From Tubiluchus corallicola (lineage: Eukaryota > Animalia > Priapulida), in assembly GCA_030141605.1 (NCBI GenBank), contig JAQGDQ010000255.1, positions 57,746-121,745 of the forward strand: DNA of 64,000 nucleotides, read 5' to 3'. Both the position numbers and the translations under genes were made by a program. A model generated the notes under the pieces. That model was not told where the DNA came from, made no database searches, and saw nothing but the letters and a program-made list of their open reading frames with translations. How positions within the stretch are numbered: position 1 is the stretch's first letter; each line of letters begins with the position of its first letter. Below, piece after piece: positions 43,101-54,800 of the stretch.

Positions 43101-46100
43101 CTATCCTGTAGGACAAGATAAGGAAGAAGAATGGGATGGGTCTGGGACTTGCCACGCCCATGATAATACTGTACAGGCCTTGCTTTTGAGCATACCGCCT
43201 TGCAGGTGCTGAATTATAAGCTAATTTAGTTTGGCATCATTTGTGCATTTGATTGTTTGCCAGTTTTTATGTTTGAGTTTCACGTGTTTGCCAGGTCTAA
43301 GAAGATATCTGTGCCAGCAGCTGCAGTAGCTAGGGTAATTGGAAAGGGTGGAGCAAATGTTAATGCTATACGCGAGGTTTCCGGAGCTAACATTGATGTG
43401 GATAAACAGAAGGGCAGCGGTGACCGTACTATTACAATAAAGTGAGTAGAGGACAATTTATAAATGATATATTTGATATTTTTGCAGATTAACTGTCTAA
43501 TTTTCTGTAATCTACTGAAACTGGAACTGTATTCAGAAGAGTGCTGCCTCTTCAGCTAGTTATTACACATTAAAATATTGTGTGTTTGTTGCCTAGGGGT
43601 TCTACTGAGGCCACAAGACATGCTCATCAACTCATTACGGCATTGATCAAAGATCCAGATCAAGAGCTGATGGAACTGTTACCAAAGTACAAATCTCCCA
43701 ACAAGTCTGTCACATCCGTCACCGTGGTAACATCTGTTGTTACTACAACATCGAGCACCGTTACCATGTCGCCTACGAAAACTCGCTCGCCAAGAGTGCA
43801 GAGCTCAAGCAAAACCATCTCTACTCAACCTCCCATGTCAATTGGCGTGTTTGTTGTCACCACGACAATGCTCCAAGAGCAAAAGCAGGCACAGGCAGCG
43901 AGCTCCGTCACAATGGTAAAGTCTGCAGCACCGGCTCCGATACCATCTTCAATTGCCTCCGGTAAGCTGAATACAGCCAGGCAGTTGTTTGCTGCAGACA
44001 AGAAGTCTCCCCAAAATGTTCTCGCTAAGCAAACAGCTACCTGTAGTACCACCCCACCCGCAAGCACCCCATCACAAATTTCTACATCATTCGCTTCAAA
44101 AGTTTGGGATGCCAAGCCAGCAAATGGTAGCAAACCAGGAACACCAGGCCCGATTGGTACTTCAACAAAGCCAGGCACACCTCAGCCGACAGCGAACAAT
44201 TCGACACCATCTGTTGTAAATGTCCCAGTATCTGGCCCTGCTGAATATTCTCCATTTAGCAGCGGAAATATTTTTGGACCAGCAGGACAGTCCGGCTGGA
44301 CAGGAAAAGAACCAGAAAGTCGCATGAATTTTGCCAGTGTGACTGCAGGCATTGGGTCAAGACCCAGCTCTAATCTGGACATACCTCTATCTGAATCGGA
44401 CTTGGTTGATCCCACTCTACAAGCCAAAGCTCCAGGTTTTAAGGGTGTGATTCAGTCTCCTTGTTCTTCAACTGATGCAGAGCCAAACAGGCCTATAGGA
44501 TTTCCTGTTCAAATACACAGCGATCTGGACAAGTCAGCTAACAGACCTAGCCCACAGTTGTCTCCAAGGCCAGAAGAACTGGACATACAGGCAAAAGCTC
44601 CCGGATTCAAGATCCCTGTTATGAGCCACTCAGTTCCTGATACCCAATTTAGTCTCTCGTCGACCTTGAACATGACGGTGCCCTTATCTGTATACAATGA
44701 CAGTATGTCTGCAATGCCTGATGTTAGCTTCAGCGATCAGAGCAAGGCACCTGGGTATAAGCCACCGGTGAGCAGACATGTAGATCTGCCAAGTTTTAAG
44801 ACGCCGGTTAACCCAATTGCCGGTTTACCGAATTTTCCTGCTAACATTTCAACGCCATACATGTCGTCTACGATGTACCCGCCAGGGTTGCCAGGAGGCT
44901 TTCTTGGGCCTACCATGTCTTCTCAAAGATCTGTCATGTCACAGCCCGGGCCAGTGTTGAGTGCACCAGTCCAGAGCAACTTAAACCCTAATGCACCAGA
45001 TTTTACCGTCAACCAGGGAGCCAGACCCTTTCCTGGTGTCGCGCCTGCTTTTCGACCTCCAGGTATTTTTGATGGCCAGCATCCTCCAGGTTTGGGACGA
45101 TTTCCCATACCTCCCGTACCAATGGGACAGCCGGTTGCCGAGAAACCTCGATTATTCAATGCACATCACGAACCACCAATGAGCACAACTCCGACCCCCA
45201 GCATAGGCGCTTCTTCACGCGATGATGGTTCACCAGTACCCCAGTCGTCGCCTGTTGCGTCACCGAGGTCTAGTAACACGTCATCTCCGACAGAGAATGT
45301 GAAACCAATTGGAGAGGATCGTAAACAGTTTCCTCGTCCTATCGGTACCGAAAGAGCCAGTAAAAAGCTGCCGATGGGAACAGTGCATAATCTGTGGCTA
45401 GGCGCTGGGGGAGACGGTAGGTTTTATACTTCTGTATTTTTTCTAGTTTTAATTTAGTTGTGGCATTACTCAAACACAGCGCATGTGCCGTGTTCCTCAA
45501 GCATTAAGCTAATGACAATGTGTATGCTGAGAAATGCATTTTGTTTTCTTATTGCGACATGATATTTCGTGATTATATTTAATTTGAAATACTGGTTGCA
45601 GTTGAACGTATATTAAATGAACAGCAGGTACATTGGATAGCAGATTTTGGATAAGTGGTCATAATGACAAACCATAATGCAAAGTGCTTGATTATTTTTA
45701 CATATTTTGTATGTTATTTCAATTTGCTTGGGCTTCATGAGCAGAATTCGGATATTTGTGACTTTGTTCTAGTTAACTTTGAACTTAGCAATATAAAACA
45801 TTAAAGGATCAGTTCCTTTTCAGTTACAGACATGAATGCGGATTGGTTTCCAAGTCGAGCGGTGGTAGGAGGAGACGAACGGGTGCCGCCTTTGCATCCT
45901 GGGATGTATGGCTCTGCTCCACCGTTCCTTAACACCTCTACTGGTGGCGGGCTTAGCGAGGTGCAATTTCAGGTAGGTTGTTGTGGACAGGTACACAGGT
46001 ATAATGGATGAAGATTAAGGCCTCCATTGTTGTTTGTCAGATTAGTGCTTCTTATTACAAATTGTTAATTGCTCAAATACCTGAATCATGTACATGATTT

Positions 46101-47433
46101 ATACATCTACATGATTAACATTATACATGTATGTCATGCATCTATGTTCTTGCTTGTGCTGTTCTCATTTATCTGATGCTTCTTTATCTGCAGGTATTCC
46201 ATATGCCATTGTCCAGATTTTTATATTTTTAATTACGCACATTGTTGATAGTAAAAATGTTCCTTCTTAGAAATATTTGCATCAAAAGACGTGGCACAGT
46301 TATTTCTTATTTTACTGTTGGAAGAGTTTTCGAGGTTATTTGCTTGTTATAATGAGCTGAGTGTTGAGAACAACAACACAATCTGAGGAGTGATCTCATT
46401 CTCATGCAGCTTTGTTGGGGGTGGTTCACATTTTTGCTGTGCATTGTTGGTGTGTTTTATAGACGCAGCATAATTATGTTGGTGAATTCTCACTGAATAG
46501 CATATTGTTAGGTGTATTCTGATTGGTACAGTATTTGTTAGGGGCATTCTCATTGGCAGGGTCAGATGATGCTGTGTGCATCAGTACATACAGAAGTTTC
46601 CGTTGTTGTTCATTGTTTGCTTTTCATTTCATTTCCAATCAAGTTTTTTTCACTTTTGTTACAGCAGTTACTAGCGAGGGCGATGCCAAACACGGGATTC
46701 TCTGCCACCGCGTTTATAAATGGAGCTCCGCCGCAGTTGCCACAACACATGATGCCTAATCCACCAAACCTGAACATGCCCGCCAACGCTAACAATCCAA
46801 ATCTTTGGAACCTGCCGAACAAGATGGCTATGGGAGATTCTATTCCTGATCCTAAGACACAGGTAGTGTAGATCTTCCATGCTTTGTTTCTTCGTTTAAG
46901 CCGAAAGATAAAGTATCTCTGCTGAAAGCAACGTTGAAATTTATTGTTCAGGTTTTATTCAGCCATACTGTATTCTGAGTATCAAGTTTAAAGGCATAAA
47001 AATTTGGCCGTAAAACTAAAACAATTGTCGACATACAGCAATTATGCGGCCAAAACTATGGCCTGTATTTCCAAACAGCTAGAGAATCGATTTAATGTGT
47101 ATCATCAGATGTCTTGGTGGTGATTCTTTAATGTTTCTGTTATGTTTTCGTTGTATTGGCTCTGCACCATTACAAACTGATCATAAATTGAGCTTTAGGT
47201 AAAACTTATTCTGTCAAGGGGCAGGACCTTAACGGTCTGCCTAGAAGATTAAACCACCATTAAAGCTTGAATGAATAAATTTACAAGTATTAATTTCCTA
47301 TTATTATGGTTAAAAATATTGATCCCTTTGAACACACACTGTTTAGAAAACTAAGACAGAAAATTGCACTTTGTTATTTTTAATTTTGTTTTTTTTTCAG
47401 ATGTGGTCCAATTGGAACCAGCAGAGCATGTGA
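16137..47433 (+). CDS. mask (ANKHD1/ANKRD17): Mask / ankyrin repeat and KH domain protein (ANKHD1/ANKRD17 ortholog), intact. Coding exons: 16137-16322, 22920-23076, 25552-25708, 27241-27388, 29222-29369, 30162-30395, 31083-31225, 32076-32265, 32570-32761, 33541-33650, 34085-34300, 35244-35513, 35931-36888, 37300-37614, 37894-38039, 38177-38319, 38429-38642, 38785-38936, 39186-39271, 39903-40099, 41014-41219, 41339-41523, 41698-42250, 42684-42821, 43295-43441, 43597-45416, 45824-45972, 46665-46862, 47401-47433
   Basis: GT-AG exons splice into a continuous frame with family-diagnostic peptides: EVSD|VESFILEQ, TQARLEALLEAAGIGKL, DPEVLRKLTSSVSCALDEAAAALTRM, VNMPADSFESPLTLAACGG, DAQTESNHDTALTLACAGG, SPKR..KREEGWKEVVRRSKK, KH loop VIGKGG, RPIGTERA. 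The last three small exons are less certain. Confidence 0.95.
16730..17318. mobile_element. Non-autonomous hAT element (MITE) in mask intron 1
   Basis: TIRs CAGTGGCGG...CCGCCACTG; 8-bp TSD ATCATTTA/ATCAATTA (7/8). Confidence 0.8.
20528..20889 (+). mobile_element. hAT MITE, copy 1 (TTCGAA-rich subterminal repeats)
   Basis: TIRs TAGGGTTGAGCAT...ATGCTTACCCCTA; 8-bp TSD CTGACCAG/CTGACCAC; homologous over its length to 55494-55844 in the opposite orientation. Confidence 0.88.
21292..21533. repeat. Diverged tandem duplication, unit about 126 bp
   Basis: TGTTAGTTTGTTT.AAAAATGTGTAAAACATGTGT...TTAGAGGGACA at about 21292 and 21418. Confidence 0.85.
28050..28166. mobile_element. Probable hAT element end remnant
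   Basis: Repeated TTCGG motifs ending in TGCACCCCTA; partner end not found. Confidence 0.4.
28404..28461 (+). repeat. Degenerate 5S-derived SINE head
   Basis: AAATTAAG...GTAAATGGATGGGTGAC...GAAAACTG; shares non-5S changes with 51978-52033. Confidence 0.5.
43295..43700 (+). other. KH RNA-binding domain of Mask (split by intron 43442-43596)
   Basis: SVPAAAVARVIGKGGANVNAIREVSGANIDVDK..TITIK|GSTEATRHAHQLITALI; GxxG loop intact. Confidence 0.93.
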
Positions 47434-48070
47434 GAAGTGTTTGCTAGATGGTGCGAGGTTGTCCCTTAATCGGGGAGTGCATGCGCGACTCTTTATTCTA
47501 AATTTACCTTTGCGTATAGATGGTTACTATTAATTGAACTGTATGTATTTGTTAATTATTTGTCAGAGTAGGGCACAGCAACTAATCGCTGAATAGGTTT
47601 CTAGAGAGGTATTATTAAATTTTGTTACGTTAAAATACAAAGTGTGTGCTGATTAACTAAATTATTCCACTCCATATGGCAGGCGTGCTAGTTATAATTG
47701 TCCTTATTTTACGCTTCAGCATTGCCAAGTACACCACAACATCCGGAGACATTGTAAAACTATTGTCAAAGCTACGTCAGTGTTACGCTCTTCAAGTTGC
47801 TTTCTTTGTCGTGCGCTGGCAAGTCTGAAGTGACCTAATTTTATGGATTGGTTGCACCTGGTTATGCATTTAATTATGTATAGCATACAAGTAAAATGTT
47901 TAATATCTGAAAAATTTTTTTTGGCTTTTTGTTTTAATTATGAAGAAGTTCAACTTTAACTATTAATTATTTCCTCGATAAAAGTCACACATAACAGTTT
48001 ACTGTCACTGCAGTTTTACTGACGAGTACACCAATAGCAACAATGACCAGAGCCTAGCAAAACCTTTGTG

Positions 48071-48090
48071 ATATATATATATATATATAT
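48071..48090. repeat. (AT)n microsatellite
   Basis: (AT)10. Confidence 0.9.
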
Positions 48091-51003
48091 GTATCAGATG
48101 TGCTTATTTTAAACATTAACTGCATCGTTATCGTCACTGACACGAGTCATGGTCATTTCGTCTGATGCACAATAAGATTAATGACAGACGATAGCAATAC
48201 AAGAAATGAGTACTGACGATACAATATCATCACCATCATCGTCTATTGATTTCAATTCTTCTTGAGACTTGGAAGGCTTTTTCAAGACTATTAATACTGC
48301 AGCAAAAAGCAAACACTTTTGCAAATGAGTACAAATTATTAATCGTGGTTTTATTTATTTCTCTTGAAAATTCTACAGAACCTCATACAGTGCACATATT
48401 TCATAAACGATTCATGTTAGTGCATAATTCATAGCTAATTTCAGCATGTGGAGGTACGGTGTACAGTACATCTCCGGAAAATTAGAAATTTACAAGTTTG
48501 TGGTCATCAGCCAGTCAACGAATTTATTGAATTTTGACAACAATTTTGATACGGTTGCACAGGAAACTCACACGAAAATTCGATTCCAGAAAAGTAAAAT
48601 GTGACCAATTTACATAAAGTTTGGATAACTTTACATCCATCAAATTCTATTAGTTTCAAAATTTCTTGTTGGTCAAACAACAGCAGCAGTGTCGTACTAA
48701 ACAATACAAACTGTGTTTCATGACTTGATCTCTTATCTGGAACAACAAACAAGCAGCCCAACGTTGCTTTAAAACAAGGTGACCAAACTCAATGTTTGCG
48801 ACCGTTTTATATGCATGGTTTTTACCAAGAAAGTTTTTTGTGTATTTTCAGGAAACGGTTAATCGGGTCGACCCGCTTCGCTTTTAAATGCTCTAAATTT
48901 AAAGGACACATAATTCACGATGCAACAACACACTGTATATAAACCATACCTTCATGAGTTAGTAATTTGACATAGCTGGCACTTGTCAAAAGCACCTTTA
49001 CTTTCATCCTACCTAATTCTACAACATCTAAAATACTGTGTAATACACTACATGTAATTAAGATAATAATTATTCATCGTTATATGATTCTAACACTCTA
49101 CATACTCTACATCACCTTCAACATAGAGAACACTCATCAATACATTGAACACAAAATGGCAGTTTTTAAACAGTACGTGCCTCGCAAGCAAGGCTTAATT
49201 TCCACTCGGTTACTTAAAATGAGAAAATTCATTTAGTGCACAAAGATCAATGAACAAGTACTGTGAGAATATTCATTAATTTAAAGGTGTGAACGACATA
49301 GTTTTCCGTTTTCACAAAAATGAAGACTACATGTATTATTATCAAGAACTAGTTACATATTAAGATCACCTTCGGAAGTGGAATCTTCTTATTACATGTA
49401 GGCCCAATACTTAATGCTGTTACCCAATAATGGGTGGTGATCGACTCTGAACAATGACTGTGCTTCTTGTAAGCTTGACAACCATTTGTAATACAATTTA
49501 TACAGTTAATCACTCCTCAGTAATTACAAACTATTCATGATTAATTAACAGCAATTTGCTGAGTACCAAGTTTAGCAAAAAGCAAATGCAAAAACAAAAG
49601 AACTATGAAACAATTGAATTGATATTTCATGATTTTTAACCAAAAAAAACCTTCTAATACTTCAGTCAAGCAAATTATGTTGAAAAGGAAGTTTTGATTG
49701 TACATTTACATCCTGACTAGATGCAGTTATGAAATTTAATAACATTTTTGTACCTGCACTTAACGTAAGAGAAGCAAAAAACCTTTAGGTTTGCACATGT
49801 GGTCGCACGCAGGTAATCATTTGATAAAAGCGTTCGTTTATCCTCAATGACTGCTTAGCTTGTCCGACTTTCATTTCAAAGCGACGGATGTCTCTTTTAG
49901 TACAAGTCAAAATATCACCCAGCACGATGCTTGATAAATGAACAGAAAAGAATAATACAAAAATTTGCATTTATAACCAAAAAAATCCACACCATGCAAT
50001 CAGTATAGTCAAAAGACAGCCTTTCGCAAAATAAAAGCAACTTTACTTTGCCGAGGTGAGATGAAGTAAAGATGGCTGCCACAAGAAATTCAAGGACAGA
50101 CAATACACTAACCACAATAGCAAGATAAATAGCTGTTACAAACGTACAACATTCATCAGCTTTCAGGATCGCAAATGCTCAGGTGTGAAACCTGTGTATA
50201 TCTTCAAAACCCCATAAGAATTGTAATGCGGCCGTCTTAGCAAAACAGAGAATTCGTATAAATAGACACACTGTATCAACATCACAAATAAGATGATGTT
50301 GTGACAACTTCCATTTCACAATGGAAATAAGTAGACCATTCAAAACAAATTACACAGCAAAAAATTTTAAACACAATTTGATAAGCACGACATTCTCTGT
50401 GTACTGCAAGGGAAACATCTTGTGGATGAAGAGCCTCCATTAATTTACTAGCAATGGAACAAACAAAATCCATAATCAATGACCATAATCAGGTGTATGA
50501 GCATAAACGGGACAATAACATTAAATGTAATCTAGTGACAATATAGATCATCACTATCATGATTTTTACACGCAGCCGTTTAGTAAATAGCGACATTTGT
50601 TTCAAATCAATTATTTAAACTTATCGCTTAAAGGAAAATACATATTACAACAGCGTGCAGTATAAATTATGCAACACTGTTTCACAACAAATTTTAATAA
50701 AAAAGCAATTGTAATGTGGCAACTTAATTCATACTTACTTGGAGCAGTGTGAAATTGAAATAGAATGCTCAGATCACATTGTTTTTCATCGAATTAGGGG
50801 GAAAATTTAATCTCAATTTATAAATCATAATCTCGAGATAAAAAATTAATGTGAAGCATCAGTCAAAACCATTTAAAGTTCCTAATTCTATCACTCACTA
50901 AGTTAACATTTCATAAACTGCAAAGCAAAGTTTCACAGGAAGTAAACCTGTGAAATTAGGAGAAATTTTTGACTGTTAAATTGCTAAATGCAGAACACTA
51001 ATA

Positions 51004-51615
51004 CAGTAAGTACTCACTTAACGGTCTAATTTGAAGCATTAAACAGTATATACGGCGTTATTCTGTTCTAAAAATGCACTAGTAATTAAAACAGTACAAT
51101 TACTATAAAGTTTCTGCTTTCCAACTGACTACTAAATGTTAGCCCGTTTGTATGAAGCGAGATCTATTTGCGACTTATACGCGTCCGATTTATAGGCACC
51201 TGGGTGCCAACCTTATGTGAAGGAATTTTGCCTACAACTTGTTGTTATAGCAACCAGACTAAGTATCCAGACGAAATTGTCCCAATGTTGCCCCGGTGCT
51301 TGGCTTTACTATGCAGTGTTTAACCACTAACTGCAATAGGGCTTCAATATTAATGAAAGAGAAACAGCTAACTAGGTATTGGTAAGAAAGATATGTGATT
51401 TCAAGCAAGCAGAAAGAAATTAATCAGTATAAATATGAATAAAATTCATAAAACGTTTAATTTCTACGATTTAAGCAGTATTGATTTTTGCCTCTGGAAC
51501 ATATCTCAATTCTTTTACATTGCTTTCTATATAAGTCTTGGCTTGGCTTAACGGCATTTCGCTTAATGTCACATTTTGTTGGGACGCAGTAGTATCGTCA
51601 AGCGAGGACTTACTG
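51004..51615. mobile_element. Tigger/pogo-type non-autonomous DNA transposon, in the presumptive lamin 3' UTR
   Basis: TA|CAGTAAGTACTCACTTAACG ... CGTCAAGCGAGGACTTACTG|TA; its right end matches the left end of 54088-55025 inverted. Confidence 0.85.
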
Positions 51616-51863
51616 TATGTGACAGGTTGCAATGTGAAGAAAAGATCAAAAACAATACCAGGTTACAGAAAATTACAAACAAGAAACTAACAAGAAACTA
51701 TAAGATCCAAATTTACGAAATGTCAGTTGTGAACCGCTGAATTTTTGAACTTCCAAATGAGTCGTTGCTCCATTTCTTGCGAGATTTATACCGTGTCTTA
51801 CAGTACTGCCGGAAATAGCGCTGGATAGAATGCAGAAGAAATAGATAAAAAACCTCGTTGCAG

Positions 51864-54800
51864 TTACATGAGACGGCATTTGTCTTCACGGCTGGCACCT
51901 TCTCCCTAAAAAAATTGTAATTTTGTATAGGTGGATAACTAAGTAACAGGAACAATTGGAATAGCTACGTAAGTATGGAAGTTAAGCAACATCAGAGTTG
52001 GTCAGTAAATGGATGGGTGCAAGCCAGAAACTGCAATAAAACTCTTGTGCAAATTTAGACTTGCTGTCAAATAATTCTTCACCCAAAAAAACAAATTTTT
52101 TCTAGACAGTAAATGTTTTACTACAAAAAACAGCAGCGAAAATGTGAAGACACATGCTGTCATTACGATTCTTAACTTTCTGTTTTAACAAGTTTGTAAA
52201 AAATCCCTCTATGATGTATGTGTGCACAGAAATTAGTTTGTTATGCTGAACCGGAACCATAGGCCTCAACAGGAATTACTTTGTTGCACAAGTTTACAAT
52301 TACTGCTTACGACTTTACTGACTCACTTGTATAACGGCAACCGTTTCACCGACATAAGGACATTGGTGAAATTTTTCTCCGGGCAAAATAATTCAAAATG
52401 CATTCAGCGACAAATACTGCAGCATATACATACAGGAAATATAGAAATTATATTATTCTGAATCTTAGGCCCCAAGAGATAATATGCATACCAGTATATG
52501 GGAAATCAGGTTTACATGCTGACTGATATTATTCAAGAATCTTACAGAAATTAACTTTTAGACATTATAATTAATTATGATAGACTTTGTAAATCAGACA
52601 AAACATGAAAAAAGGTTACGCTAACGCAAAGAACATATTGATCAGTTTCATTTAGCAAATTCTTGAGTCTCTTTTAGTTTTTTGCTTAACTTTGATAAAA
52701 CTGATAATGCTCAGCAGAACTATATGCATCAGCTGCCTGCCAGCTTGCCATGCGAAAGAACACAAGCGGCAAGTTACCTGCGCAGCATCGCCGTTCACAG
52801 TGGGGGGTGTGCGCGGCTATGGCCTTGTATCAGAACAAACTGCATTTTGCTATGTGTGCCTGGTCTCAATAATTGCACAGCAGAAAAGCTTCAACGATGT
52901 TTAAATTACAAAAAAAGACAATATACAACTTCACTTAACGAAGTAATGATAAGAGGAAACAACCAAAATGTCCTTGCCAATTCTCACCTCGAGATAAGAT
53001 CCTTCCATGCCAGAACGGAATGTAGAGCTACTACGGAGCACACGGAAGTTCTCACGCAGTGCTACCTCCTGTGGTAAAAAAACAAAGTAACACTCAGAAT
53101 ATATTAAATAAGCGTAACAATGTCAATGATCAGTGATAAGTCAAGCAGTAAACGATGAACTCATAAAAGCTGATGATATTCCCTGAAATTTTTACATATC
53201 TGACAAGCAACCTTTTTAAATACATTTTTAACATATAGCACTTATAATACAAATACAACATTTATAGGGTTTTACAACTGCAAAATTATCAGGTGGAATA
53301 CCTTTAACACCTTCAAATTCCAAGGAATTTTAATTTTAATGTTATTTGCTTCACAAAATGGATAAGCAAAAATTATGAGTATTTTGCATAAAAATATATA
53401 CGTTATATCAATGTCACAAAGAGAATGATATCTAGACAACTTCCCTTCTACACTAGAAATAAGAAAACTGCTCAAAACAAATTACACAGAAGTTTATACT
53501 CAACGTTTATTCTTAAGATAAAGAACATCTACTTGTAATACAAAGGCAGAACAATGAATAGAATAACAGGCATAGGAAGAGGTACAGCGAAAAATCATAA
53601 TATCATTAAGCACCACTTATTAAATAATTTTGCACTGCTATTAAGCTGATATACAGAACAACGTGAATCACTTCAAAGATGTGGAAACTGGAAACAAAGT
53701 AACTTGATGTTTGAAACCATCTATTGGTGGTTCTATAAGGAAAGCCTAAGACACAACGAAATGCAGTTTTAGAATTCTTAAGAATCAATACCAATTAATA
53801 TTGGTAACATGACAGCTCATGTTACAATAAAAGTGGACAGTGATAGAAAACTGATTAGCAAGAATACTTTAATTATGTTGGCAATATTCATCACCTACCT
53901 CCCCCTCATTGTTAACAAGAGTGGTTTTCATCGAATCAGAAGTGAACCATTTCTGACCCTTCATCACGAGATCAGAAGGTGGATTGTGACTGATGTCCTT
54001 CTGCTCGCTGTTCCAGACCTGGAAAAATTTTGAAAAATCAATAAGTTTGCTGTAAAGTGAATTTCGCAAAACTGAAAAAATCCTATACAGTAAGTCCCGC
54101 TTAACGATGCTAGTGTGTTCCAGCAAAATGTGTATTTAAGCGAAATGTCACTAAACAAAAGGGTATCTATAAGAAAAAATGTAAAGGCATTCACTTGATT
54201 TCCACGAGCAAAATCAATAATGATTGGCTATGTAAAAATGTTCAGTTGCCAGCAGCAGCTTATAAATGAAACACTTTATAGAGATGATTGTTTACAGTTC
54301 TACATTACCTATTAGATTAATTAAAAACCTAATAAACAACTAAAATATGAAAACTAAAATCTAAATCTGAAATATGGTTTTCTCATTCAGCCATTTTTCC
54401 TTTTCCTTTTTCTAAAAAAAATCTAGGGTCAGTTGCTTAGATTTTTTTCCCTTTTTTTTCAGCCGGCACTTCCTTATAACACTGCAACATGAGTTTGCTA
54501 CGTTCTGCCTTACTTTCAATCTGAGTTCTCCATCAGAGTTATGTTCATCGTTGTCTTTGTGACAGCTAAAATGCAAATGAGGTGAAGGCATTGGTTTAGT
54601 CTAATGTTATCGTGTCCACTTTCCGTATGGGATAATAATAGTCTCTGTTATGTAGTTGCAGATTGTTATTTACAGTCGGTCCAAAATCTCTTTGGAGCTT
54701 ACATTAATTGTTCATCCAAAAAGTCGACTTTAAATAAAGATTATTATAATTAATTATGTAACATGAGAGCATTTTCTCAACCAGAGAAATTTTATTTAAA

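Noticed and set aside
35978-45182. Many 60-120 aa minus-strand and off-frame ORFs over large exons
   Set aside because: Shadows of GC-richer mask coding exons, with no independent signals
47434-51863. ANKHD1-EIF4EBP3-type read-through or stop-codon read-through
   Set aside because: No 4E-BP-like exons seen; the stop context TGA-GAA is not a leaky motif
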